Shown piece by piece: positions 11,654 to 23,765 of a DNA stretch of 64,000 nucleotides. Below the pieces are notes generated by a model, which did not search any database, was not told the DNA's origin, and saw only the letters and a list, made by a program, of their open reading frames with translations. The stretch comes from an uncultured delta proteobacterium (lineage in GTDB: Bacteria; Myxococcota_A; Polyangia; Polyangiales; Polyangiaceae). The translations under genes and the position numbers were made by a program. Position 1 is the stretch's first letter. Each line of letters starts with the position of its first letter. The stretch is taken from positions 64,001-128,000 of the forward strand of contig CAVQUB010000018.1 of the NCBI GenBank assembly GCA_963716725.1, in the 5' to 3' direction.

Positions 11654-12527
11654 TCCCGAGCCGAAGCCCACGGCACCGAGCGCGGCCGTCGGCCCCAGCG
11701 CCGCCCCGACACCGAGCGCGAGCGCGGTGGCGAGCGGTCCGCCCAGGCCCCCGCGGGTTCCAGCTGCGACGCAGCCGGGCTGCCGGGTTCTGACCCTGAC
11801 GGGGGACGTGAAGACCAAGAGCGGTCCGGTCCCGAACGGCGGCGTCATCTACGGAACCGAGTGGATCGAACTCGCCAAGGGTTCCGAAATCAGCGTCCGT
11901 CACACCGTGAGCACCCGCGAGCTGACCTTGAGAGGCCCTGGCGTGGCCCTGCCCTGCCTGGGCGGCGAGGAAGAGGTCCTGCTCACCGAGGGCGTCGTGG
12001 AGACGACCGCGGGGGCTGGTGCGCGCCCCGGCGCAGAGGTCATCGTCTTCACCCCCCTCGGCAGCGTGAGCTTTGGGGATGCCCAGCTGACTATCCGCGC
12101 GTCCAAGACCAAGGTCGAGGTCAAGTCCGGCAAAGGCGAGGCGTGGATTCGGCCCGCCAAGGCCGTGACCCGCCAGGGACCCGAAAAGCTCGGTGGAGCC
12201 GGCGCCAAGGCGGTGCTGACCGGTGCGTCGCGCTTCGAGGTTCTGATCGAGGACTGCGAGGCCGCCGCGGGGGCTGCCGAAGCCCTCGCCCGGGCCGTTC
12301 TGGCTCCCGCCGCCACGGACGGGGGGACGCTGGGTGACCGAGCCGCCGCCCACCTGGTGGCCCGCAGGGCGGCCCGTGGCGCCTGCGGCGCGGCCCGGGC
12401 CGCGGCCCACGGGGAGCCGGATGCCGACAGGCGAGCGGGGCACGAGGGCCGCGTCGCCACGGCAGATCGCCGCTGGCAGTCCCTCGGGACCCCCGGCGCG
12501 CCGGCCCCAGAAAGCTCGGGGCATTGA
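11595..12527 (+). CDS. Lipoprotein with FecR-like beta domain
   Basis: Lipobox LGGC, Pro/Ala linker, beta-rich VFTPLGSVSFG / VEVKSGKGEAWI. Confidence 0.55.
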   Translation: MKGTGFWVLPLAIATLGGCDPEPKPTAPSAAVGPSAAPTPSASAVASGPPRPPRVPAATQPGCRVLTLTGDVKTKSGPVPNGGVIYGTEWIELAKGSEISVRHTVSTRELTLRGPGVALPCLGGEEEVLLTEGVVETTAGAGARPGAEVIVFTPLGSVSFGDAQLTIRASKTKVEVKSGKGEAWIRPAKAVTRQGPEKLGGAGAKAVLTGASRFEVLIEDCEAAAGAAEALARAVLAPAATDGGTLGDRAAAHLVARRAARGACGAARAAAHGEPDADRRAGHEGRVATADRRWQSLGTPGAPAPESSGH

Positions 12528-12534
12528 TGCGTCG

Positions 12535-12564
12535 TTGACAGTTTCGGTCCCGCACCGCTAGCGT
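12535..12564 (+). promoter_or_regulatory. Sigma70-type promoter candidate
   Basis: TTGACA-N18-TAGCGT upstream of the CDS at 12583. Confidence 0.5.
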
Positions 12565-12582
12565 CCGCTACGGGCGACGTCG

Positions 12583-14145
12583 ATGAGTCTTCGTAGGGAT
12601 AGTCTCGACGCGATGCGGCCTCTGGCGGGGCTCGCCATCGCTGTCTACCTGGCGGCCGGTACGGCCAACGCGGAAGAACCTCGCAAGGTCACCGAACCAT
12701 CGGTGTTGCGCGAACCGGCCGAGGTCACCCAAGTGGTCGACGCCTTCGACGAGGACGACCCCTTCGACCTGCACCTCTCGCTCGGCTATCAGCACACCTG
12801 GAAGAGCGCGAAGATCCGGCGCGAAAGCGCGGTGAACCAGGCGGGGCTCACTTCCGGCGGCTTCACCTCCGACGACATGAACGTCGCTCAGTACTCGGAG
12901 ACGACCAGTCGCCTGAACACGAGGGCCGCGATCGGCGTGTTCAAGGACATCCAACTCGTCTTCCGCTTGCCGATCATCCTGTCGAACAAGCGCAAGCTCG
13001 AGGGCCTCGACGGCAGCGACAAACAACAATCGGTCGCCTTGGCCGGGGGCCCGGGCGAGCAACTGTTCCGCTTGCCCTTCGAGTCGCCGACCCGCAGTGG
13101 CATCGAGTACCTGGCCGTCGGGCTCGATTTCGGCGTGATGAACCAGTTCCGCGATCTGACCAAGCCCACCTGGGTCATCGGCTTCGAGGGGCGCTTCAGC
13201 GTTTCCGAGCCGATGCGCGCCTGCAGCACCAACGCCAACGGCCTGAACCAACCCGGTCCTCAGAAGAAGTGCGCGCACCCGTCCGATATCAATCGCAACG
13301 GCGTGCGCGACGTCATCGACAGTGCGTCCGGAGACGAGCTCGAAGGCAGAGATCTGGGCGAGCGCGACCCCGGCGTGAGCCGTGGGACGACGGGGCTCGA
13401 GGTTCACACCTATCTTTCGAAGCGAATCAAGTACATCGAGCCCTACGCGGGCTTCAAAGCGCTATTCGAGTTCCAGAACGAGGACAGCGAGTACGGCACG
13501 ACGGATCTCAAGGGCTCCCTGGTGAACCACCCGCCCCTCGCGGGCAGCATCATCATGGGGCTCAACGTGATCCCCTGGGAGATCCGGGACCAGTTCCAGC
13601 GGGTCACCATCGACTTCCGCTTCACCGGGACCTACCGCACCGAAGGACGGGACTACTCCGAACTCTACGACGCCCTCGGATCGAGCGACGCGCCGAGCCT
13701 GCGCATGCCGACCTACGCCTCGTATCGCGAAAACCCGGCCTTCGACCCGAACCAGGCAGACGGGCCCACCAACCCGCGCTCGGTGGTGGATGCAAACTCG
13801 CAGCGCGTCTACACCACCGGCCTCACCGACGTTCAGCAGCACGGCGTCTACACGCTGAGCACGGAGCTGACCTGGCAGGCGGGAGAGTACGTGAAGTTCA
13901 GCCTCGGCGGCGGCTACACGCTGGTGCAAAGCCACCTGATCACCTTCGATCAGGCCTGCAACCCGGACTTCTCGGACGACATTCGGAAGTCCGGGCCGTG
14001 CAAGAGCACGACCCAGTCGGGGTACTCCGCCACCGGCATTCCAAACCCCAACTATCGGCCGACCATCAACACGCCAGGGCGTCGCTTCAAGGTCGACGAC
14101 TCTCACGCCTTCGACGCCTGGCTCAACGCTACCGTCATGTTCTGA
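12583..14145 (+). CDS. Exported protein, probable outer-membrane beta-barrel
   Basis: Signal peptide (start may be 12613), amphipathic strands, C-terminal ...AWLNATVMF with terminal Phe, paired Cys in loops. Confidence 0.6.
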   Translation: MSLRRDSLDAMRPLAGLAIAVYLAAGTANAEEPRKVTEPSVLREPAEVTQVVDAFDEDDPFDLHLSLGYQHTWKSAKIRRESAVNQAGLTSGGFTSDDMNVAQYSETTSRLNTRAAIGVFKDIQLVFRLPIILSNKRKLEGLDGSDKQQSVALAGGPGEQLFRLPFESPTRSGIEYLAVGLDFGVMNQFRDLTKPTWVIGFEGRFSVSEPMRACSTNANGLNQPGPQKKCAHPSDINRNGVRDVIDSASGDELEGRDLGERDPGVSRGTTGLEVHTYLSKRIKYIEPYAGFKALFEFQNEDSEYGTTDLKGSLVNHPPLAGSIIMGLNVIPWEIRDQFQRVTIDFRFTGTYRTEGRDYSELYDALGSSDAPSLRMPTYASYRENPAFDPNQADGPTNPRSVVDANSQRVYTTGLTDVQQHGVYTLSTELTWQAGEYVKFSLGGGYTLVQSHLITFDQACNPDFSDDIRKSGPCKSTTQSGYSATGIPNPNYRPTINTPGRRFKVDDSHAFDAWLNATVMF

Positions 14146-14152
14146 AGGCGGC

Positions 14153-15559
14153 ATGGCCCGCGCTCGACACGCCCTGAAGGCCGCAGCGATGGGCCTCGCG
14201 CTGGCGAGTTGGGCCGCCTCGGCGGGCGCCGATCAGGACGAAGTGGTCTTGCTGCCCACGGTGATCCCGGTAGCCGCTTCCCCCAACACGCTGCCGGAGT
14301 TCCGCCGGCCTGACGCCGAGGATGCTTCGACGCTGGCGCGCTGGGCGCGTCAGCTCGACGCCATCGTGACCGAAGCCGTGCAAGATCTCGGGCTTCGGCT
14401 CGATGTGTCGGATCGGTCTGCTCCCAACGCGCGCACACTCTCGGAGGACGCTTTGGTAGCGCGTGCCGCGGCCAGCTGGGTGATCTCGCCCCGACTCGCC
14501 TTCGACGGCGACAAGCTACGCCTGCACATCGTCGCTGTGGCCCCGGGTTCGAAGGTGCTCCTGGTCCGGACCCAAGACGTCACGCCGCGAGAGGTCGCGG
14601 TGCGCGCGTTGGTCATGACGCGCGACGTGGTTCAGGCTGGCCGTGGCTCCGCTGACGAGGCGAAGGTCGGTGAGGGTTCGCCGACGACGCCCGCTCCGCC
14701 CAGCAAGCTGATCATGCCGGCGCGCTCGGCGGGCCGCGCGGTCTTGGCACTGAACTCGGCGGCCTTTGGCGGCTACGTTGGGCTGTCGCTGCAACGCGCC
14801 AGCGGGTCGGACGATGACCGGCTCACCTACCCGCTGATCGCGCTGGGCGCGGGCATCGGGCTCGGCGCGTCGATGATCGTCGCGGACGAGTGGGATGTCG
14901 GCCTGGGCGACGCCTGGTTCTTGTCGGCGGGCGCGTGGTGGCCGCTCAGCGCCGGCTACCTGTTGGCGGACGGATACGCCGTCGACCCCAAGGACGATCG
15001 CTTCGTGTACGGGCTCGTCGGCGCGGGGGCGGGCATGACTCTGGCCACGACGGCCCTCACCTTCCGAGGCATGGGAGAGGGCGGGGCGACGCTGACCCAC
15101 TCCGGAGGCGCGTTTGGCATGGCCCTGGGCGGCATGGCGCAGCTCGCGTTCGAGGGTCGCACGGACAAGACGCCGACGCTGGGCATGGGATATGGCGCCG
15201 GCGCGGGGGTGCTGGTCGCGGGTGCCGTCGCCACCCAACTCTCGGTCTCGTCCTACCGGGTGCTGCTGATCGACCTGGGGGTCGTGCTCGGCGGGCTCAC
15301 CGGAGCCGCCGCGGCCAGTCCGCTGGTCTTTGGTGAAGAACAGACCGAAGGCAAGGATCGCGCGTGGGTGGGCAGCGTGACCGCTGGCTTCGTCGCAGGT
15401 GGCCTCGTCGCTTACTTCATGACCGAGCCGAGCGACAAGGGCGCAACATCCGACCAAGGACCCTGGGTCGCGCCCTACGGCGGAGTGGTCGCCGAGAGTG
15501 TTGCCCGTGACGGGCGTCGCGAACCGGTCTACGGTGGCGGTGTTCAGGGCCTTTGGTGA
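14153..15559 (+). CDS. Hypothetical exported/membrane protein with repeated Gly-rich hydrophobic helices
   Basis: Signal peptide; the C-terminal half has about 8 Gly/Ala-rich hydrophobic segments. Confidence 0.6.
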   Translation: MARARHALKAAAMGLALASWAASAGADQDEVVLLPTVIPVAASPNTLPEFRRPDAEDASTLARWARQLDAIVTEAVQDLGLRLDVSDRSAPNARTLSEDALVARAAASWVISPRLAFDGDKLRLHIVAVAPGSKVLLVRTQDVTPREVAVRALVMTRDVVQAGRGSADEAKVGEGSPTTPAPPSKLIMPARSAGRAVLALNSAAFGGYVGLSLQRASGSDDDRLTYPLIALGAGIGLGASMIVADEWDVGLGDAWFLSAGAWWPLSAGYLLADGYAVDPKDDRFVYGLVGAGAGMTLATTALTFRGMGEGGATLTHSGGAFGMALGGMAQLAFEGRTDKTPTLGMGYGAGAGVLVAGAVATQLSVSSYRVLLIDLGVVLGGLTGAAAASPLVFGEEQTEGKDRAWVGSVTAGFVAGGLVAYFMTEPSDKGATSDQGPWVAPYGGVVAESVARDGRREPVYGGGVQGLW

Positions 15560-16476
15560 AGACACTCACGTTCACTGTGTCCGCGAGTGAGGCGGGCCAA
15601 CGCATCGACAAGCTGGTCGTCGCGCGGACCGATCTCGGCCGCCGGCGGGTTGCCGAGCTGTTCTCCACCGGAAACGTGGTTGTGTCGGGTCGACGCGTCC
15701 CCAAAGGGGAGCCCGCCCGCGAGGGTGACGAGATCGCGGTCAGCATCGAGGGCGACGATCGAGCCTCGCCGGAACCCGAGGCTCGGCTCGCCGTGCGCCT
15801 CGAGACCCCACACTGCGTCATCGTGGCCAAGCCCGCGGGACAGCCCAGCGCGCCGCTCCGGGGCGAGAGCGGGACGCTGGCGGGCGCTCTCCTCGGGCAC
15901 TACCCGGAAATGGCGGATGTCGGACACTCGCCGCGAGAGCCGGGGCTGCTGCATCGCCTCGACACCCAGACCTCGGGCCTGATCGTGGCGGCTCGAAGCG
16001 TAGACGCTTTCAATCGCCTCCACTTGGCCTTGCGCGAAGGCGCCATGACCAAACGCTACCTGGCCATCGTGGACGCCGAGGGTCTCGGAGAGGCGGGCGT
16101 CATCGACGCGCCGATCGCACCCGATCGCAAGAACCCCAAACGAGTGCTGGTGGACGAAGGTCTCACGCCGAGGACCGGCAAGAATCGCGCTCGCCCTGCA
16201 GCAACCAACTACCGCGTCGTGCGTCGCCAAGGCGCCCTGGCGTTGATCGAGCTCACCGTGTCACGGGCGCTGCGGCACCAGATCCGCGCCCACCTCGCAT
16301 CCATCGGACATCCGCTGATCGGCGACGCGACCTACGGCGGGCGCCAGGCGCCGGAGCTTGGGGAACGTCACGCGCTGCACGCCAGCTACATCGCCTGGGC
16401 GGGCGACGACACCATCGCTGGTTTCGCCCTCGACGAAGCGCTCCCGGCCGACATGGAGAGCTTGATCGCCGGCTGA
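15556..16476 (+). CDS. RluA-family pseudouridine synthase with S4 domain
   Basis: GQRIDKLV, KPAGQPS, HRLDTQTSGL, HQIRAHLASIGHPLIGDATYG, LHA. Confidence 0.93.
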   Translation: MKTLTFTVSASEAGQRIDKLVVARTDLGRRRVAELFSTGNVVVSGRRVPKGEPAREGDEIAVSIEGDDRASPEPEARLAVRLETPHCVIVAKPAGQPSAPLRGESGTLAGALLGHYPEMADVGHSPREPGLLHRLDTQTSGLIVAARSVDAFNRLHLALREGAMTKRYLAIVDAEGLGEAGVIDAPIAPDRKNPKRVLVDEGLTPRTGKNRARPAATNYRVVRRQGALALIELTVSRALRHQIRAHLASIGHPLIGDATYGGRQAPELGERHALHASYIAWAGDDTIAGFALDEALPADMESLIAG

Positions 16477-18170
16477 TTCGGTTTCGGTCGTGCACCCGCG
16501 CGCTCTGCGACGGTGGCCGTGACCGACCGAATCAAAGCGAGGCACAGGGCGCGCGTCGGCAACTTGGGGCGGACGACTGCCGTTCTCTCCTCCGGTTTGC
16601 GCCCGCGGGCCCAGGTCACCGTGCGCGGCAATGCCGCCTGCGCGGGAGACCCCTCGGCGGCCCGCAGCATGACCCAGGGCAAGGCGACACTCCCACCGAG
16701 GGCGCTCTGGTACTCGATTCCGAATTCGACGGCAGCGAGTCCCGCCTTCGCGCGTCGCGGCATCACCAATAGACGGAGCTCGTCGGGGCTGTCTTCGCCT
16801 TCAGGGATCCTCGCCCACGGCACGACCTTCAGCTGAGGGTCTTGGCGCAGCCGCGCCGCAAGCCAAGCGAGAAGCGGCGCCGGACGGCTCGCCGCGTGCG
16901 GTGGCAGCTCGCCCGCGCGACCGGTGCAGAAGATCGGCAAGAGCACGGCAGACCCGAGGGCGGCGCAGATCCCGTGGTAGGGCGAGCGCAAGAACAGATA
17001 GACGCTCGCCACCGCGACGCCGCTCGCGAGCAGCAGAAAGACCGCAAACCCGGGGAGCGTCCCGGCGTCGAGCCAGCGACCCGGCAGGGCCGGCTCCCGC
17101 GGCAGAAATGCCTCTTCGTCACTGAGCGGAAGCCACCGCCCCGGGCGTCGCGGCGACGAGATCCCGCGCGGCGTGACGTGAGCGGCCAGCACGATCGAGA
17201 GCGTGAGCAGCACTCCGGCCGGCGTCGCCAAGTTCGTGTTCAGGACCAACGCCACGGCGCCGGCAAGGCACGCGCCGGCGAGCACCGCCCGCGGCGCGGC
17301 AGGAAGGGGCACGAGGGCTCTCGGCTGGACGTTTCGAGCCTGGCAGGCGCGATGAACCATGCGCCACTTGGCGAACACGATCAGCGCGAACAGCAGCGCC
17401 ACTCCCACCAGCAGGGCAATGCCCACGAGTCGATCCCGTGGCCGCTCACCTTCGCTTGGCCGGACATCGGCAAGCGTGGGCGAGAGCTCCTCGTGGCCGA
17501 AGGCGTCGAAGGCCTTTGGGCTGGCGAGCACACGCCACACCACCGGTTCCCCTTTGGCAACATGCGGCCTCACGATGTCGAGCTCGTCTTTGTCGCCGGT
17601 GCGTCGCAAGTTCGAGAGAAACGTCCCGCCCGACTCTTCGTCGCTTTCGGGCAGCCGCGGTTCGCTGCCGCCGGGAGGCAAGCGGAACAGAACTCGCGCC
17701 GAGTCCACGCCGTCAGTCGATCGCGGCGCGACCCAGCGCACTTCGGCCATCGATCCGTGCTGGCGGATCATTCCGCGATCGGCGAGGCGTGTGCGATACG
17801 CGAGCTTGAAGACGTACTTTCCACGGCTCACGCCTTTGGCGTGATCGACCTCGGCTCGGAGCGTCCCGTCGTCGCGCCTCTCGAGCAGCAGCGGGATGGC
17901 TTGGCTCGTCCCTTCGGCTGAGGCGACGGTCGCATCCGGCATCGGAGCGGCGTCGGCGTCGACCCCGTCGAGCTCGATGGCCATCAGCGGGCCGCCCTTC
18001 ACCCGGATCACGATCTCGTGGGAGACCGTCGCGCTACCGTCGCGCTCGACGTCGAGGGTCACGACGTGGGCCTGAGTGGCGGTCTCGACCCAGGCCTGGG
18101 CCCCAGCGGGCACCAAAAGCGCAGCGAGAAAGCCAATCGCAGCGCCTACATGTCGGCTAAGGGCGTACAT
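16386..18170 (-). CDS. Hypothetical membrane protein (DUF2207-like N-terminal beta domain, several TM helices)
   Basis: Signal peptide, VTLDVERDGSATVSHEIVIRV, about 5 hydrophobic segments. Overlaps the RluA 3' end convergently. Confidence 0.55.
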   Translation of the reverse strand: MYALSRHVGAAIGFLAALLVPAGAQAWVETATQAHVVTLDVERDGSATVSHEIVIRVKGGPLMAIELDGVDADAAPMPDATVASAEGTSQAIPLLLERRDDGTLRAEVDHAKGVSRGKYVFKLAYRTRLADRGMIRQHGSMAEVRWVAPRSTDGVDSARVLFRLPPGGSEPRLPESDEESGGTFLSNLRRTGDKDELDIVRPHVAKGEPVVWRVLASPKAFDAFGHEELSPTLADVRPSEGERPRDRLVGIALLVGVALLFALIVFAKWRMVHRACQARNVQPRALVPLPAAPRAVLAGACLAGAVALVLNTNLATPAGVLLTLSIVLAAHVTPRGISSPRRPGRWLPLSDEEAFLPREPALPGRWLDAGTLPGFAVFLLLASGVAVASVYLFLRSPYHGICAALGSAVLLPIFCTGRAGELPPHAASRPAPLLAWLAARLRQDPQLKVVPWARIPEGEDSPDELRLLVMPRRAKAGLAAVEFGIEYQSALGGSVALPWVMLRAAEGSPAQAALPRTVTWARGRKPEERTAVVRPKLPTRALCLALIRSVTATVAERAGARPKPNQPAIKLSMSAGSASSRAKPAMVSSPAQAM

Positions 18171-18252
18171 CGTACGACCTGTGCTCACACGGACGCGACC
18201 CGTCTGCCAAGTTTCCGACCGGCGAACCGGCGACAACCCCCGCGTTTTGGCC

Positions 18253-20217
18253 CTAGGGCATCACGGGCCGCTCTGGCATGCCCGCCTCGGGGACTTCGAG
18301 GTTCCGGTCGCGGCGGGACGCCGCGAAGCTGGGCGCGATGGCGCCAATGTCCTCGACCACCGCCTTCGGTACGCGGAAGGTCCACTCCATCGATGGCGTC
18401 GCGCCGCCGGTCACCGTCGTCCACATCAACATGGGCGTCTCACCGTGATGGGGCATGAGGGTGAGTGCCTTGAGGTGATCGCCAAGACCGGAGTCGTTCA
18501 TCGCGGTCGCGAGGCTCTTCGCGAGGTTACCGATGGTGAAGAACCCGCCGGAGACGGATTTCGAGGTCTTCAGGGGAGCGATGCCCTCCCGGCCGGCGAG
18601 CGTGCTCGTTCCCTTGCGCATTTCGATGAGCTTCGCGGTCACGGACTTCTCGTCTGCGGACAGCCCGACCCACGAACTGTCGCCGTCGGGGACGAGGATC
18701 ATCACCACGGAGAGCGCTGGCGTGGCGACCTTCGGTGCGCTCACCTTGCCGTCCATCTTCGCGAAGAATGCGCTCGGAAGGTTCAGCTCATAGACGATGG
18801 ACCCCGGTGGCATGCCGGGCGCGCGTGACGGCCGCGACGACAGCTTGGGCAGGTCCTTGGCCTTGACCTTCAGCTGCTTGTCGAGCAGTTGCCGAAGTTG
18901 AGCGTCGTTGTAGAGCTTGACCAGCCTGTCGAGGTATCCCTTGTACTTCGCGGGCTTCTCGTCGATGCCGATCACATACCAGCCGAGATACGAACGGATG
19001 CGTTCGCGCACCAGCGCGCCTTCGCCCTTGGGAGCGACAGCCGCGGTCGACGCGACGTCGCCGTGGGCATAGACCACTTCCCCTTCGGTCGTCCAAGTCT
19101 CGAGCATCAGCTCGGAGATCTGGTCGCGCACTTTGCGCGGGACCCGCTCTTTCTCCAGGGCACCGTCGATGAGTTCGCTCAACGTCTTGCGGATCGCGTC
19201 GTAGCGCTTGGCGCTGGCGCCAACGCCAAATGTGGCCATCTCGGCCTCCTTGGGCAGCTTCCAGAACTTCTCGGGCGCGCCTTTTCCGCGTTTGCCCGCA
19301 TCGAGCATGGTCTGGACGGTCCACGAGTTCTGCGCTCTGAACTTGAGGCTGACCGTGGTGTTGACGAGGCCTCCCGCCTTGTCGATGCCGGATTCGACCC
19401 GGATCTTGTCGACGTCCTCGGCAAGCGCGAGGACTTCATCGGCCATACCGTGCGCCGCATCGGCCAACGCGCGGTCGAAGCGCGGACTGTCGAGCGACAG
19501 CTCGCTCATGATGAAGGGCATGGCCATGGTCCGAAGCTGACGGAGCTCCTTGGCGTATCGGCGACGGAGCGGCTCGGCCTGGATCTCGATGTGCAGATCG
19601 GATTTCCCGAGCGCCTCGGTCGGTAGCCCGCGCGTCGCGTACGACAAGAGCGCGTCCACGTCTTCTTCACGATCTCCGCACACGAGTCGGGCCGGAGACT
19701 TTCCGACGGAAGCGGCGACAGCACACGCCGGGCCGCCCTCGCCTTTCTTGATCAGGTACACGCCGGGCCGCAACATGCGGGCCGACTGACGATGTCGCTT
19801 GGCGAAGTTCACGACGCCATCGACGGAGTTCACTCCGACGGAGACCACGACGAAGGGCTGAGGGAAATCACCGATCCCTTTGTCGTCCAGAGCGACGGCG
19901 ATCTCGACGGGCGCGTCGAACACCAAGAGCTGAGCCATCTCCGGATCGCCCTTCCGGACCATCGCGCGCACGTCGATGGGGAACTTCGCCCAGCTCGCGA
20001 TGGTGTCGATGGCCTGGGCGGGGTTGCCCAGGCGGCCCACGGCAACGAGCCCCTGCGGTGCCGGGACCGGGGTCAGGTCAGGCGTGGGACCCGTGGCGAT
20101 GCCGCCGGGTCCGGTGACCTTGGCGGGACCTCCGGGGGCTTGCGCGGGGGTTTGTGGCCCGCAGGCCAGCAGGACCAATGAGCTGGCGAGCAGCAGGGAG
20201 TTGAGGGGTCGAGTCAT
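18253..20217 (-). CDS. Hypothetical lipoprotein (654 aa)
   Basis: Lipobox LLAC after a hydrophobic stretch; long ORF with natural composition. Confidence 0.7.
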   Translation of the reverse strand: MTRPLNSLLLASSLVLLACGPQTPAQAPGGPAKVTGPGGIATGPTPDLTPVPAPQGLVAVGRLGNPAQAIDTIASWAKFPIDVRAMVRKGDPEMAQLLVFDAPVEIAVALDDKGIGDFPQPFVVVSVGVNSVDGVVNFAKRHRQSARMLRPGVYLIKKGEGGPACAVAASVGKSPARLVCGDREEDVDALLSYATRGLPTEALGKSDLHIEIQAEPLRRRYAKELRQLRTMAMPFIMSELSLDSPRFDRALADAAHGMADEVLALAEDVDKIRVESGIDKAGGLVNTTVSLKFRAQNSWTVQTMLDAGKRGKGAPEKFWKLPKEAEMATFGVGASAKRYDAIRKTLSELIDGALEKERVPRKVRDQISELMLETWTTEGEVVYAHGDVASTAAVAPKGEGALVRERIRSYLGWYVIGIDEKPAKYKGYLDRLVKLYNDAQLRQLLDKQLKVKAKDLPKLSSRPSRAPGMPPGSIVYELNLPSAFFAKMDGKVSAPKVATPALSVVMILVPDGDSSWVGLSADEKSVTAKLIEMRKGTSTLAGREGIAPLKTSKSVSGGFFTIGNLAKSLATAMNDSGLGDHLKALTLMPHHGETPMLMWTTVTGGATPSMEWTFRVPKAVVEDIGAIAPSFAASRRDRNLEVPEAGMPERPVMP

Positions 20218-20294
20218 GACGGCGGCGATTTATACACGCTCCGCGATGCGCTGAAACGCCCCATGGGGCCACCCAACGCGGCTCGCCGGCCGGC

Positions 20295-21527
20295 TCAGCG
20301 CGCCTCGCCGGACGCGTCGTCCGACCGGACCGGCGTGTGTCCGGCAAAATACCGCGCGGTGTGCAGGAGGGCCCGCCCGCTGGAACGGAACAGCCCCGCG
20401 GTGGACCAGGGCTTCCCTCCGAAGTGCTGGCAGCCGACCCGGATAAACTCCGGAGAGGCATGGAGGAACGCCTCCACGTTCGCGCGGGGCGGGCCATAGA
20501 AGAGCCCGACACCCAGCGTACGCACGATGAGATCCCGTCCGATGGAGCTTCGACGAATCGTGCTGGGCCAGTCTTCGAACCCAAAGTCGCGAACCGCCAG
20601 CTTCTCCGCGAGGTATTTGGCGGCGGCGGCGCCGTAGTAGATGGCCTGCGCGATCCCCTCGCCCGTGACGGGATCGATTCCTGCGGCCTCCCCGACCAAG
20701 AGCACGTGGGGGCGCGAGACGGGCACGTGCGGATCGAAGGCCAGCTCTGCGTAGCGCTTCTTCTTCAGCTTTGCGAGATCGATGCCGCGGCGCTCGAGCT
20801 CGAGCTGGAGCACGGACTGGATTTCGATCACCGCCGGTCCGTCCGTCGGCCGCAAGATGTACACGCCACGAACGACCATCTCGCGGCCGTCGACGAGCGT
20901 CGGGAAGTCCCAATAGTACCCCGGAAGCTCCCGATGACTGGCGTCGAAGAGCAGAACGTCACGCGGCAAGTCCGACTCGACCGGCTCCGTGTCGACTTCG
21001 ATGGCTTGCGCCCGATATCGAGCGGTTTGAAAGCCGAGGGTCCGCCGGACGACGCTGCGCACACCATCCGCGCCGATCAAAACCCGGGCGTGGATCGGGC
21101 CGGAGCTGGTCTCGACCCGGTATCCGGTCGCGGTGCGAGCGAGCCCGAGCACGCGGGTCCCGCCCGCGAAGGGGATGCCGCGCCGCTCAGCGATGCGCAC
21201 GAGCTCGTGATCGAACTCCACGCGGCGCACGACGCGGCCAATGTCGTCTTCGCGAACGACGGTCGTACGCCCCATGGCGCGGAACGCTATGCCGTTCACC
21301 CACACGCTCGGCACATCCACGCTGACACCGATGGACCCAAGCAATTTGTCCGCGCGGGCGCCGACTCCACCGGCGCAGAATTTCTCCCGCGGGAAATGCT
21401 CCGAATCGACCACCAGCATGCGGTCGGTGAGCGCCGGCACGGCGTGCGCGAGAAATAGCGCAGTGGCCATGCCGGCGGGACCGCCGCCGACGATCAGAAC
21501 TTCGACGTTTCGAGGGGCCGCGGGCAC
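20295..21527 (-). CDS. FAD-dependent oxidoreductase (geranylgeranyl-reductase-like)
   Basis: IVGGGPAG, FPREKFCAGG, LIGADG, LVGEAAGIDPVTGEGI. Confidence 0.85.
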   Translation of the reverse strand: MPAAPRNVEVLIVGGGPAGMATALFLAHAVPALTDRMLVVDSEHFPREKFCAGGVGARADKLLGSIGVSVDVPSVWVNGIAFRAMGRTTVVREDDIGRVVRRVEFDHELVRIAERRGIPFAGGTRVLGLARTATGYRVETSSGPIHARVLIGADGVRSVVRRTLGFQTARYRAQAIEVDTEPVESDLPRDVLLFDASHRELPGYYWDFPTLVDGREMVVRGVYILRPTDGPAVIEIQSVLQLELERRGIDLAKLKKKRYAELAFDPHVPVSRPHVLLVGEAAGIDPVTGEGIAQAIYYGAAAAKYLAEKLAVRDFGFEDWPSTIRRSSIGRDLIVRTLGVGLFYGPPRANVEAFLHASPEFIRVGCQHFGGKPWSTAGLFRSSGRALLHTARYFAGHTPVRSDDASGEAR

Positions 21528-21536
21528 TGACGGCTA

Positions 21537-23596
<2,060 letters not shown>

Positions 23597-23630
23597 CGGT
23601 GCTGACCGAGCACCGGGACGAAGGATTTGG

Positions 23631-23658
23631 TTGACAGGTCGAGTTCCGCGGATACCCT
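23631..23658 (+). promoter_or_regulatory. Sigma70-type promoter candidate for tRNA-Ala
   Basis: TTGACA-N16-TACCCT, ending about 15 nt upstream of the tRNA. Confidence 0.55.
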
Positions 23659-23672
23659 CGCGGTCCCTTCTC

Positions 23673-23745
<73 letters not shown>

Positions 23746-23765
23746 CCGAAGTCATCGAATCAGAT

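Noticed and set aside
8768..11848. Very long antisense or alternative-frame ORFs (e.g. 1026 aa here, 808 aa at 41994, 802 aa at 55262)
   Set aside because: Shadow ORFs expected from high-GC codon bias; they overlap well-supported genes and show no recognisable motifs.
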